From contig CAVSAC010000012.1 in NCBI GenBank assembly GCA_963725865.1, positions 928,001 to 992,000 on the forward strand: a stretch of 64,000 nt of DNA. Reading direction: 5' to 3'. The translations under genes were made by a program, and so were the position numbers. Below are positions 8,651-18,841 of the stretch, piece by piece. The notes below the pieces were generated by a model, which was not told the origin of the DNA, searched no databases, and saw only the letters and a program-made list of their open reading frames with translations. Positions within the stretch are counted from its first letter, which is position 1, and every line of letters begins with the position of its first letter. The DNA comes from Candidatus Eiseniibacteriota bacterium. GTDB lineage: Bacteria > Eisenbacteria > RBG-16-71-46.

Positions 8651-10952
8651 GTGGCCCAATCCATCTCGGCTGACCGTCAACGCCAGGTGCTCGCACTGCT
8701 GCTCGGCGCCCTCGCCGTGCTGACCGCCGCGAGCGTCGGTACCTTCGAACCCGCGCTGCCCGGCTACGCGCCGTGGACGGCCGCCAACGCGTGCGGCCCG
8801 GTGGGGGCCACGCTCGCGTTCGGGCTGGTGTGGGCGCTCGGGCGGATGGCCGCCTTCGGGGTTCCGGTGCTGGCCGGGGTGTGGGCGTGGAACCGGCTGC
8901 GCAACGCCGACGTCCGCCCGCTGGCGGTCACCTCGCTGGTGGGCGTGCTGCTGGTGTTCGAGGTGTGCACGCTGCTCGGGCTCGGCGGGCTCGACCGCTG
9001 GGTGCTGGCGGGCGGCTGGGGATTCGCCGCGGGGCTGGCGCTCCACTCGGCGCTCGGCGCGGTGGGCTCGTGGATCGTCGCGGGCACGCTGTTCGCGGCC
9101 ACCGCGCTGCTCGCGAGCGAGCTGGGCTTCCACTGGATCGCGCGGCTGTTGCACCACGCGGTGGTGTCGCCCGCGCGCGGCGCGGCCGGCGCGCTCGGCG
9201 CGTGGCGCGAGCAGCAGGCCAAGGCGCAGAAGGCGCGCGCCCGGGAGCGGACCAAGCCGCGCGTGGTGCGGGCCGAGGCCGCGGCGGGCGAGGGTGCGAC
9301 CCGCGCGCGCGGCGCGACCGCGGTGGCGCTCGCCGAGCCCGAGGACGACGAGCCGAGCGAGGAGGAGAAGCAGGGCCAGGCCCGCCTGCCGCTCGGGCTG
9401 CCGCGCATCGCGCGCCCGAGGGCCCCGCGCCCGGCGACGGCCCGGGGTGCGACCAACGGCGCGGCGGACGGCCGCGGAGGAGTTCCCTTCGCTGTCGCTG
9501 CTCGGGATGCCGACCCAGCCCGAGGACCTCATCACCGCGACCGACCTGACCGCCGAGGCGAACCTGCTCACCGCCAAGCTCGCGGACTTCGACATCCACG
9601 GCCGCGTCAGCGAGATCCACCCGGGGCCGGTGGTGACCACGTTCGAGTTCGAGCCCGCGGCGGGCGTGAAGGTCAACCAGATCGTCTCGCGCGAGGACGA
9701 CCTGGCGCTCGCGCTGCGCGCGCAGCGCATCCGCATCCTGGCGCCGATCCCGGGCAAGGGAGCGGTCGGGGTCGAGATCCCGAACCGCCGCCGGCGCACC
9801 GTGTACCTGCGCGAGGTGCTGTCGAGCCCGCAGTACGAGACCAGCGACGCCGCGCTCAAGATGCCGCTCGGCGTCGACGTGGTGGGGGTGCCGTTCGTCG
9901 GGGACCTCACCAGGATGCCGCACGTGCTGATCGCCGGCGCGACCGGCTCGGGCAAGAGCGTGTGCCTGAACGCGGTCATCACCGGGCTGCTCTACCAGCA
10001 CGGTCCGCGCTCGCTGCAGATGGTGATGGTGGATCCCAAGATGCTCGAGCTGTCCGCGTACAACGGGATCCCGCACCTGGTGATGCCGGTGGTGACCGAG
10101 CCCAAGCGCGCCAGCCGCGCGCTGCGCTGGGCGGTCTCCGAGATGGAGAAGCGCTACAAGCTGATGGCGACCTGCGGCGCGCGGAACATCGCCGCGTACA
10201 ACGAGAAGGTCGCCACCGGCCAGGTGCCGGCCGCGCCCGGCATCGGCGGCGTGGAGGGCGCGCTGCCCGAGCGGCTCTCGTACGTGGTGGTGGTGATCGA
10301 CGAGCTCGCCGACCTGATGCTCACCGCGCCGGCCGAGATCGAGGAGCCGATCGCGCGGCTCGCGCAGATGGCGCGCGCGGTCGGCATCCACCTGGTGCTC
10401 GCGACGCAGCGGCCGTCGGTCGACGTCATCACCGGCGTCATCAAGGCGAACTTCCCCTCGCGGATCGCGTTCCAGGTCGCGAGCAAGACCGACTCGCGCA
10501 CGGTGCTCGACATGAACGGCGCCGAGAACCTGCTCGGTCATGGCGACATGCTGTTCACGCCCGCCGGCCGGCCCGAGCCCTACCGCATCCACGGCGCGTA
10601 CGTCTCCGAGGAGGAGACCGCGCGCGTGGTGGAGTTCTGGAAGGCGAAGGCGAATCCCGCCGCGGTCGCGCCGCTGGCGGTCGAGCCGACGATGGTCGAG
10701 GCCGAGGAGGAGTCCGAGGGCGGCGGGGACGGCTTCGACGACGAGCTGCTGAAGGAGGCCGCGCGGCTGGTGGTCGCGCACCAGCAGGGCTCGACCTCGC
10801 TGCTGCAGCGCCGACTCAAGGTGGGCTACTCGCGCGCCGGCCGGCTCATGGACCAGCTCGAATCGCTCGGCGTGGTCGGGCCCTTCCAGGGCAGCAAGGC
10901 GCGCGACGTGCTCGTCGACGAGCATTGGCTGGAGGACCGAGGGTTCGAGTGA
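8651..10952 (+). CDS. ftsK: DNA translocase FtsK (apparent +1 frameshift near 9420-9475)
   Basis: N-terminal 4TM region in the 8612 frame; motor domain in the 9294 frame: GPVVTTFE, PHVLIAGATGSGKS, DPKMLEL, VIDELADLM, QMARAVGIHL.LATQRPS; gamma domain LQRRLKVGYSRAGRL. Confidence 0.93.
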
Positions 10953-12343
10953 AGCCACCGCGCCCGGCCGTCCGACCGCCCACGCTCGCCTTCGTCACCC
11001 TCGGGTGCCCGAAGAACACCGTGGACTCCGAGAGCATGCTCGGCCTGTTCGTGCGGGCAGGCTACCGCACGGTCGCCGACCCGGCCGAGGCCGACGTCGC
11101 GGTGGTGAACACCTGCGCGTTCCTGACCAGCGCGGTGCGCGAATCCAAGGAGGCGATCGCCGCGGTCGCGCAACTGAAGCGCGACGGCCGGCTGAAGGCG
11201 CTGCTGGTCACCGGCTGCCTCGCGCAGCGCGCGGGCGCGGGACTGCTCGAGGAGTTCCCGCAGGTCGACGCGGTGCTCGGCACCGGGCAGTGGCGCGAGG
11301 TGGTGCAGGCGGCCGGCCACGTGCTGGGCGGCGGCCACGAGCGGGTCGTGCACACCGAGTACCCGGGCGGCGCCCTCGACGTGCTCGCGCCGCGCGCGCT
11401 CTCGACCCCGCGCCACCTCGCGTACCTCAAGATCAGCGAGGGCTGCGACCATCGCTGCACGTTCTGCATCATCCCGCGGCTGCGCGGCGACCAGAAGAGC
11501 CGCACGATCGAGTCGCTGGTCGCGGAGGCCGAAGCCCTCGCGCGCCAGGGGGTGCGCGAGCTGAACCTGATCGGGCAGGACACCACCGGCTACGGCACCG
11601 ACCTGCCGGGCAGGCCGACGTTGGCCGACCTGCTGGCGGCGCTCGATCAGGTCGAGGGCCTCCACTGGATCCGCGTCCAGTACACCTACCCGCGCCTGTG
11701 GGACGACCGCCTGATCGCGACGTGGGCGCGCGCGAAGCGGGTGGTGCCCTACGTGGACATGCCGCTGCAGCACATCGCCCAGGACATGCTGCGCACCATG
11801 GGACGCGCGATGACCGAGCGTCAGACCCGCGCTCTGGTGAAGCGGATCAAGGCCGGGATCCCGGGGGTGGCGTTCCGGACCAACTTCATCGTCGGCTTCC
11901 CCGGCGAGACCGAGGAGCATTTCGCGACCCTCGAGCGCTACGTCGAGGAGGAGGGCTTCGACCACCTGGTGGTGTTCACGTATGAGCGGGAACCGGAGAC
12001 CCCTTCCTATAGTATGACCCCCCGGGTGCCAGTGGCCGCGCGGCGCAGCCGCCGGGCGCGTCTGCTGGCCCTGCAGCAGCGGTCGGCCCGCGAACGCCTG
12101 CGCCGGCGCATCGGCGACGTCATCCCGGTCCTGATTGACGGCCCGGCCGGACACGGCCAGTATGCCGCCCGCACCGCGGGTTCCGCCTGGGAGGTCGACG
12201 GCGGAGTCGTGGTGGAAGGGGAGCACCTGCAGCCGGGGACATTGGTGAAGGTGCGGGTCACGGGGGCGGCCGCCTACGATCTGTTCGCCCGCGTGGAGCG
12301 CCCGGAGCCCGTGATGCTGAACCTGTCGAAAGGACCAGCTTGA
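10949..12343 (+). CDS. rimO: Ribosomal protein S12 methylthiotransferase
   Basis: TLGCPKNTVDSE, YLKISEGCDHRCTFCIIP radical-SAM motif, YVDMPLQH, FIVGFPGETEE, C-terminal TRAM domain. Confidence 0.92.
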   Translation: MKPPRPAVRPPTLAFVTLGCPKNTVDSESMLGLFVRAGYRTVADPAEADVAVVNTCAFLTSAVRESKEAIAAVAQLKRDGRLKALLVTGCLAQRAGAGLLEEFPQVDAVLGTGQWREVVQAAGHVLGGGHERVVHTEYPGGALDVLAPRALSTPRHLAYLKISEGCDHRCTFCIIPRLRGDQKSRTIESLVAEAEALARQGVRELNLIGQDTTGYGTDLPGRPTLADLLAALDQVEGLHWIRVQYTYPRLWDDRLIATWARAKRVVPYVDMPLQHIAQDMLRTMGRAMTERQTRALVKRIKAGIPGVAFRTNFIVGFPGETEEHFATLERYVEEEGFDHLVVFTYEREPETPSYSMTPRVPVAARRSRRARLLALQQRSARERLRRRIGDVIPVLIDGPAGHGQYAARTAGSAWEVDGGVVVEGEHLQPGTLVKVRVTGAAAYDLFARVERPEPVMLNLSKGPA

Positions 12344-13089
12344 TGCGAGTGTGGCTTGCCGTGGCGGTGACCGGGTTCCTGATGCTGCCCGCCGCTGCCC
12401 ATGCCAAGAAGTTCCGTTACTCCAGCGGTCCCAAGGCTCCCGCCGACACGGTGTTCTCCGAGTCCCAGGTCGAGATCCAGCCGATCGTGCGACCGCGCGG
12501 CCCGCGCGTGCCCGCCACCAACCTGCAGATGATCGGGATGGTCGCCCACACCGCCTACGAACGCGCGCTCGTGAGCGCGCCGGTCGACACCGGCGCGCAC
12601 GTGGTGCTGGCGCCGGCCGAGAGCCATCCGCTGAACTTCGTGATCGAGCACGCGCTGCTGCGCCAGCTCGCCCGGCGCGGGGTGACGACGACGGTGCGGC
12701 GCTCGCTGATCCCCGACGACAGCCTCGCCACGATCGGCGGAACGTCCGCCGACCCGGTGCTCGAGTACCAGCTCGCGACCGCGCGCGTCAGCTACCTGCG
12801 GCTCGTCGGCTGGCTGCCCGGACGCGTGAAGATCGAGCGCCAGGCGCTGGTCGAGGGCACGCTCACGCTCCGCGATCCGCGCGACGCGCGCGTGCTGTGG
12901 ACCGGCGACGCCTCCTACAGCCTGGTGGACGCGTTCTCGCGCGGGTCGGTGTCGCAGGTCGAGGACGCGCGCTTCACGGACCTGAAGGCCGAGGTGCCGC
13001 AGCGCAACGTCGACAAGGTGATGGAGCCGGTGATCGTGGTCAGCGTGGTCGCCGGGCTGGTCGCCCTGTTCTTCCAGAACCGCCCGTGA
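12343..13089 (+). CDS. Hypothetical exported protein with C-terminal membrane anchor
   Basis: Signal peptide ending AHA; C-terminal hydrophobic EPVIVVSVVAGLVALFF; overlaps the rimO stop and the bamD start. Confidence 0.7.
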   Translation: MRVWLAVAVTGFLMLPAAAHAKKFRYSSGPKAPADTVFSESQVEIQPIVRPRGPRVPATNLQMIGMVAHTAYERALVSAPVDTGAHVVLAPAESHPLNFVIEHALLRQLARRGVTTTVRRSLIPDDSLATIGGTSADPVLEYQLATARVSYLRLVGWLPGRVKIERQALVEGTLTLRDPRDARVLWTGDASYSLVDAFSRGSVSQVEDARFTDLKAEVPQRNVDKVMEPVIVVSVVAGLVALFFQNRP

Positions 13090-13922
13090 CGCGCCCGCTC
13101 CCGCCGTCGCGCGCGACGCGCCTGGCGGCCGCCGCCCTGCTGGCGCTGGCGCTCGCCGGCTGCGGTGCCGCGACGCTGCCCCAGGTGCACTCCGAGAGCG
13201 AGCGGCTCGCGAACGCGAAGCTCCTCATGGGGCGGCGCGAGTGGGGGCTGGCCACCGAGCTGCTGAAGACCTACGTCCAGAACAACGGCGGCTCCGCGCG
13301 GGTCGACGAGGCGCTCTTCCTGCTCGGCGAGTGCGAGGTGCGCTCGAAGGACTGGGCGGCGGCGCAGACCGACCTCGAACGGCTGCTGCGCGACTTCCCC
13401 GAGAGCGACTCCGCCGCGGCGGGCGCGTACATGCTGGGTGAGGCCTACTGGGGCGAGGCGCGGGGTCCCGACTTCGACCAGGAGGGCTCCCGCAAGGCGC
13501 TCGCGCAGTGGCAGGCCTACCTGCGCAGCTACCCGGACGACGCGCGCGCGGAGCTGGGACGCCGGCGGGTGCTGGAGGCGCGCACGCGGCTGGCGCAGAA
13601 GACCCTCGCCACCGCCGACCTCTACCTGAAGATGGGCTACACGGTGCCGGCCCGCCTCTACTACTCACGGCTGGCCGCGGACTACCAGGACGTCCCGCTG
13701 GTCGGCGACGCGCTGCTGGGGCTGGCGATGTGCGACGCACGCGAGGGCCACCGGGATCCGGCGGTCGCCGCGCTGCGCGAGCTGGAGACGAAGTTCCCCG
13801 GCACGCCGCTCGCCGCCCGCGCCGCCCGCGAGCGCGCGCGCGTCGAGGCGGGCCGCGTCAAGATCACCCGCGCGCCCAAGCCGATCCCCAAGCCGGAGAG
13901 CGCCGCCGGCGTCGGGCCATGA
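13086..13922 (+). CDS. bamD: Outer membrane assembly lipoprotein BamD (TPR)
   Basis: Lipobox LAGC; TPR repeats; GPDFDQEGSRKALAQWQAYLRSYP; RLAQKTLATADLYLKMG. Confidence 0.75.
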   Translation: MTRPLPPSRATRLAAAALLALALAGCGAATLPQVHSESERLANAKLLMGRREWGLATELLKTYVQNNGGSARVDEALFLLGECEVRSKDWAAAQTDLERLLRDFPESDSAAAGAYMLGEAYWGEARGPDFDQEGSRKALAQWQAYLRSYPDDARAELGRRRVLEARTRLAQKTLATADLYLKMGYTVPARLYYSRLAADYQDVPLVGDALLGLAMCDAREGHRDPAVAALRELETKFPGTPLAARAARERARVEAGRVKITRAPKPIPKPESAAGVGP

Positions 13923-14536
13923 GACGGCTGGGCGTCTTCGGCGGCACCTTCGATCCGCCGCACGTCGGCCACCTGGCGCTGGCGGAGTGGGCGCGCGAGG
14001 CGCTGCGCCTCGATCGCGTGCTGTTCGTGCCCGCCGGCCGCCCGCCGCACAAGCGACGCGCGGACCTCTCGAGCCCCGCCGACCGCCTGGCGATGACTCG
14101 CGCGGCGGTGCGCGGCCATCCCGCGTTCGCGGTCTCGGCACTCGAGGCGCGCCGCCGCGGCCCGTCGTTCACCATCGACACGCTGCGCACGCTGCACGCG
14201 CACCACCCGGACGTGGAGCTGGTGCTGCTCATGGGCGCCGACAGCCTCGACGAGTTCGAGAGCTGGCGCGAGCCCGACGAGATCGCGCGGCTCGCGACGC
14301 TGGCGGTCGCGATCCGCCCCGGCGCCCGGCGGCCACGGCCGCGCGCCGGCTGGCGGCTGCGGTGGCTCGACAACCCGGGGCTCGCGGTGTCCTCGAGCGC
14401 GCTGCGCGCGCGCGTGCGCTCCGGGCGCTCCGTTCGCTTCCTGGTGCCCGACGCGGTGGCGCGCGTGATCGCGCGGCGCGGGCTCTACCGCGTACCCGCC
14501 CGGCGCGCCCCGCGCGCCGCCGGGAGCCACCCGTGA
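13919..14536 (+). CDS. nadD: Nicotinate-nucleotide adenylyltransferase
   Basis: GVFGGTFDPPHVGH, PPHK, SFTIDTL, LLMGADSL, VSSSALR. Confidence 0.93.
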   Translation: MRRLGVFGGTFDPPHVGHLALAEWAREALRLDRVLFVPAGRPPHKRRADLSSPADRLAMTRAAVRGHPAFAVSALEARRRGPSFTIDTLRTLHAHHPDVELVLLMGADSLDEFESWREPDEIARLATLAVAIRPGARRPRPRAGWRLRWLDNPGLAVSSSALRARVRSGRSVRFLVPDAVARVIARRGLYRVPARRAPRAAGSHP

Positions 14537-15255
14537 CCTACCAGCCGCGCGAGTTCTGGGACCAGCGCCTGCGCGAGCAGTTCGACCTGCGCGGCACCGG
14601 CGAGACCGGGCTCTCGCTGGCGTACAACCGCGCCTGCTACGCCCTGCGTCGCGAGGTGCTCGACGCCGCGCTCGCCGCGGAGCGGTTCGACCCGCGCGGC
14701 CGGCGGGTGCTCGACGTGGGCTGCGGAACCGGGTTCTTCACCGCCTACTACCTGGACCGCGGCGCGCGGGTCACCGGCATCGACATCGCGCCCACCTCGG
14801 TCGAGCGCCTGCGGCAGCGCCATCCCGACGCGACCTTCGTGCTCGGCGACGTGAGCGAGACCGCGATCGAGGGGCGCTACGACCTGGTGAATGCGTTCGA
14901 CGTGCTGTACCACGTCACCGACGACGCGCGCTGGGAGACCGCGGTGCGCCATCTCGCGGCGGCGGTCGCGCCCGGCGGCCGGCTGCTGCTCACCGACCTG
15001 TTCGCCTCGATGCCGATGGCGGAGCACAACACGATGCGGCCGCTCGCGCGCTACCGACCGCTGCTCGAGGGCGCGGGGCTCGCGCTGGGGCCGCTGCGTC
15101 CGACCCACGTGCTGCTCAACTCCGAGCTGGGAGCGTTCCGCTTCATGAATCGCCTGCCGGGCGTGCTGCTCGCGCTCGACCGCGGGCTGCTGGGGCTCGG
15201 CGCCGGTCACGGGCCACGCTTCAACAAGCTGCTGGTCGCGCGGCGCGCGGGATAG
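14533..15255 (+). CDS. Class I SAM-dependent methyltransferase
   Basis: VLDVGCGTG, TGIDIA, YDLVNAFDVLYHV, APGGRLLL. Confidence 0.82.
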   Translation: MTYQPREFWDQRLREQFDLRGTGETGLSLAYNRACYALRREVLDAALAAERFDPRGRRVLDVGCGTGFFTAYYLDRGARVTGIDIAPTSVERLRQRHPDATFVLGDVSETAIEGRYDLVNAFDVLYHVTDDARWETAVRHLAAAVAPGGRLLLTDLFASMPMAEHNTMRPLARYRPLLEGAGLALGPLRPTHVLLNSELGAFRFMNRLPGVLLALDRGLLGLGAGHGPRFNKLLVARRAG

Positions 15256-15263
15256 CGGACGCC

Positions 15264-18183
15264 ATGGCCCGACTGTTCGTCCTGGATGCCATGGGACTCG
15301 CGTACCGGGCGTACTACGCGTTCATCTCGCGTCCGCTGCGATCGAAGGCCGGCGAGAACACCTCGGCGATCTTCGGCATGGCGATGACCATGCTGAAGCT
15401 GCGGCACGACGAGCGGCCCGATCTGTGGGCGCTCGCGTGGGACGGCCCGGGCCCGACGTGGCGGCACGAGCGCTATCCCGACTACAAGGCGCAGCGCAAG
15501 CCGACGCCCGAGGATCTGATCAGCCAGCTCGGTCCGATCGAGGACCTCGCGCAGGCGCTCGGCTGCCCGGTGATCGAGATCCCGGGCATGGAGGCCGACG
15601 ACGTGATGGCGACGCTCGCCGCGCGCGGCGACGCGCGACGGACTCGAGGTGGTGCTGGTCACCGGCGACAAGGACATGCTGCAGGTGGTGGGCGGTCCGG
15701 TGCGGGTGCTGGCGCCGCGCACCCGCGACGAGTACGAGTGGATCGGCCCCGACGAGGTGCGCGCGAAGTGGGAGGTGGGCCCCGAGCACATCCGCGACGT
15801 GCTGGCGCTGATGGGCGACAGCAGCGACAACATCCCGGGCGTGCCGGGGGTGGGCGAGAAGACCGCCAAGGAGCTGCTGCGCACCTACCACTCGCTCGAC
15901 GACCTCTACGCGCGGCTCGACTCGGTCGCCAAGCCGGCGCTCCGGAAGAAGCTCACCGACCACCGCGACCTGGCGTTCCTCTCGCGCGAGCTGGCCACGG
16001 TGCGCGCCGACCTCGAGCTGCCGCACACCTGGGAGGACCTGCGGTGCGCGCCGATCCGCCGCGACGCGCTGCGCGCGTTCGCGCGCCGCTGGGACATCGG
16101 CCGGCTCGAGCGGGTGGCCGAGAGCGAGGGCGTCGACGACGCGGCGGCGGGCAGCCTGGCACCCGGCCGCCCGGCGGAGCGCCGCGGCACCGTGGCCGAG
16201 ACGCCGGCAGCGGGCGTGAAGCTCGCCGGGGTGCCGTCGACCAAAAGCCCGGCCGCCGCCGCGAATCCGCCGGCGCCCACGGCGCCGGCCGAGCGCTTCG
16301 GCACGCTGCCGATCGCGCCGCCGACCACGCCGCTGCCGCGCGTGCTCGCGTCCACGATCGGCGGGGCACAGGGCAGCCTGGACCTGTGGACCGGGGGCGA
16401 CGACGCGGCCCCGAGCCCGGAGGCGCTCGCGTTCGCGCTCCACGCGGTGCGCGCGCGCGCGCCGCACGGGCTCGCGCTGCTGCCGGTGCTCGACACCGAC
16501 GCGCCCCGCACCGCGCGGCTGGTCGGGCTGGCGCTCGCGGCGCGCGACGGGACCGCCGCGTACGTGCCGCTCGCGCACGAGAGCGGCCCCAACCTGCCGG
16601 TCGAACAGGTGGCGGGCTGGTTGCGCGGGGCGCTCGGCGACGCCGCGGTGCCCAAGGTGGGACACGACCTGAAGGAGCTGCATCACGCGCTCGCGGGCGC
16701 CGGCCTGCCGCTCGCCGGCACCCGGTTCGACCTGCGCATCGGCTCGTTCCTGTGCGATCCGGCGCGCGACCACTCGCTGGCGGGACTCGCGCGCGACGTG
16801 CTGGCGGTGGAGCTGGAGCCGCTCGAGCCCGCCGCTGCGCGCGGCCGGCCGCGTCCCGCGCGCGCGGCGCTCGCGGTCTCGCAGGCGGTCCCGCGCGCCA
16901 CCCGTGCCGTGGCCTGCCTGTTCCCGCTGGAAGAGGCGCTGCGCGCGCAGCTCGAGACGCGCGAGCAATGGTCGCTGTACACCGGGCTCGAGCACCCGCT
17001 GATCGAGGTGCTGGTCGCGATGGAGCGCGCGGGCATCGCGCTCGACCCCGCGGTGCTGCAGGCGATGTCCGCGAGCAGCGCGACCGAGATCGCGCGGCTC
17101 GAGCAGCAGCTGATCGCGCTGGCGGGCGAGTCGGTGAACCTCAACAGCGGCCCGCAGCTCGCGAAGGTGCTGTTCGAGACGCTGAAGCTCCCGCCGGGCC
17201 GCAAGACCAAGACCGGCTACTCGACCGACTCCGAGGTGCTCGAGGCGCTCGCGGAGGAGCACGAGTTCCCGCGCCTGCTGCTCGAGTACCGGGCGCTCAC
17301 GAAGCTCAAGTCCACCTACCTGGACGCGCTGCCGCTGCAGGTGGACGAGCGCGACGGGCGCGTGCACACCACGTTCGACCCGACCGGCGCGGCGACCGGC
17401 CGGCTGTCGTCGAGCGATCCCAATCTCCAGAACATCCCGATGCGCACGCCGGCGGGCCGCGCGATCCGCCGCGCGTTCGTGGCGCCCCCCGGTCGCGCGC
17501 TGGTGGGCGCCGACTACTCGCAGATCGAGTTGCGGGTGATGGCGCACCTCTCGGGCGATCCGGCGCTGATCGAGGCGTTCGTCGGCGGCGAGGACGTGCA
17601 CGCCAGCACCGCGCGGCGCATCTTCAAGGTCGCGGGCGAGGTGGATCCGGCGCTGCGCGCGCGCGCGAAGGTGGTCAACTTCGGCGTCATCTACGGCATG
17701 GGCGCGCGCAGCCTCGCGCAGCAGATGGGCATCCCGCTCGCCGAGGCGCAGGAATTCATCCGCGGCTACTTCGAAGTGTACGCGCGGGTGCGCACGTACC
17801 TCGACGCGACGCTCGCGGAGGCGCGCGAGCGCGGCTACGTGCAGACGCTGCTCGGGCGCCGCCGCTGGCTGCCGGCGCTGCGCGCGGCCAGCGGGCTGGA
17901 GCGCTCGAACGCCGAACGCGCGGCGATCAACACCCCGATCCAGGGCTCCGCCGCCGACCTGGTGAAGCTGGCGATGATCCGCGCGCACCACGCCTTGTCG
18001 CGCCGCGGTGCCTCGGCTAGATTGCTGCTCCAGGTGCACGACGAGCTGGTGTTCGAGTGCGATGCCGCCGAGGCCGCGGCGGTCGCCGAAGTGGTGCGCG
18101 CCGAGATGGAGGGGGCGCACCCGCTGCGAGTGCCGCTCACGGTCTCCGTGGGCATCGGCCCGACCTGGTTCGATGTTCACTGA
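15264..18183 (+). CDS. polA: DNA polymerase I (apparent 1-bp insertion near 15631)
   Basis: 5' nuclease LDAMGLAYRAYYA, YKAQRKP, EADDV, TGDKD, GDSSDNIPGVPGVGEKTA; polymerase motifs TGRLSSSDPNLQNIP, ADYSQIELR, AKVVNFGVIYG, QGSAAD, LQVHDEL. Confidence 0.95.
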
Positions 18184-18823
18184 GCGCGCGCGCCGGGCGC
18201 CGGCGCACGACGGGCTGCTGATCGTCGGCGTGGTGGGACGTGCGGGCAGCGGCAAGACGAGCGTCGCGCGGGCGCTCGCCGCGGACGGCGCGGTGGTGAT
18301 CGCCGCCGATGGGATCGGACACGCGGTCACCGACCAGGATCCCGCGGTGCGCGCGGCGCTGCTCGCCGAGTACGGCCCCACGGTCTACCGGCCCGACGGC
18401 CAGCTCGACCGCCCACGGGTCGCGGCGAGCGTGTTCGCCGATCCCGCGGCGCGCGCCCGGCTGGACGCGCTCGTGCATCCGCGCATCGTGGAGCGGTTGC
18501 GCGCCGAGCTCGCGCGGCTGCGCATGCGCGCGCATCGCGGCGTCGTGGTGGTGGACGCGGCGCTGATGCTGGAGTGGGGATTCGAGCGCGAGTGCGACGC
18601 GGTGCTCGCGGTGACGGCCGCCGAGGCCGAGCAGCTCGCGCGGCTGGAGCGCGCGCGGGGCTGGACGGCCGCGGAGGCGCGGGCGCGGCTCGCCGCGCAG
18701 CGCACCGACGCCGCGTTCGCCGCGGCGGCCGACGAGGTGATCGACAACCGAGGCACCGAGGACGACCTGGCGCGCGAGGCGCGCGCCGCGCTCGCGCGCA
18801 TCGCCGCGCGCCGGCGGACCTAG
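18173..18823 (+). CDS. coaE: Dephospho-CoA kinase
   Basis: IVGVVGRAGSGKTSV P-loop, LDRPRVAASVF, LVHPRI, ADEVIDNRG; follows polA. Confidence 0.88.
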   Translation: MFTERARRAPAHDGLLIVGVVGRAGSGKTSVARALAADGAVVIAADGIGHAVTDQDPAVRAALLAEYGPTVYRPDGQLDRPRVAASVFADPAARARLDALVHPRIVERLRAELARLRMRAHRGVVVVDAALMLEWGFERECDAVLAVTAAEAEQLARLERARGWTAAEARARLAAQRTDAAFAAAADEVIDNRGTEDDLAREARAALARIAARRRT

Positions 18824-18841
18824 AAAGGGAACCCCAGATCC

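Noticed and set aside
8612..12343. 1243-aa FtsK-N/RimO fusion ORF
   Set aside because: Artefact of the ftsK frameshift plus a stop-free GC-rich frame; rimO has its own GTG overlapping the ftsK stop
15264..18183. polA and ftsK as pseudogenes
   Set aside because: Each has a single indel with all motifs intact in normally essential genes; consensus error is more parsimonious
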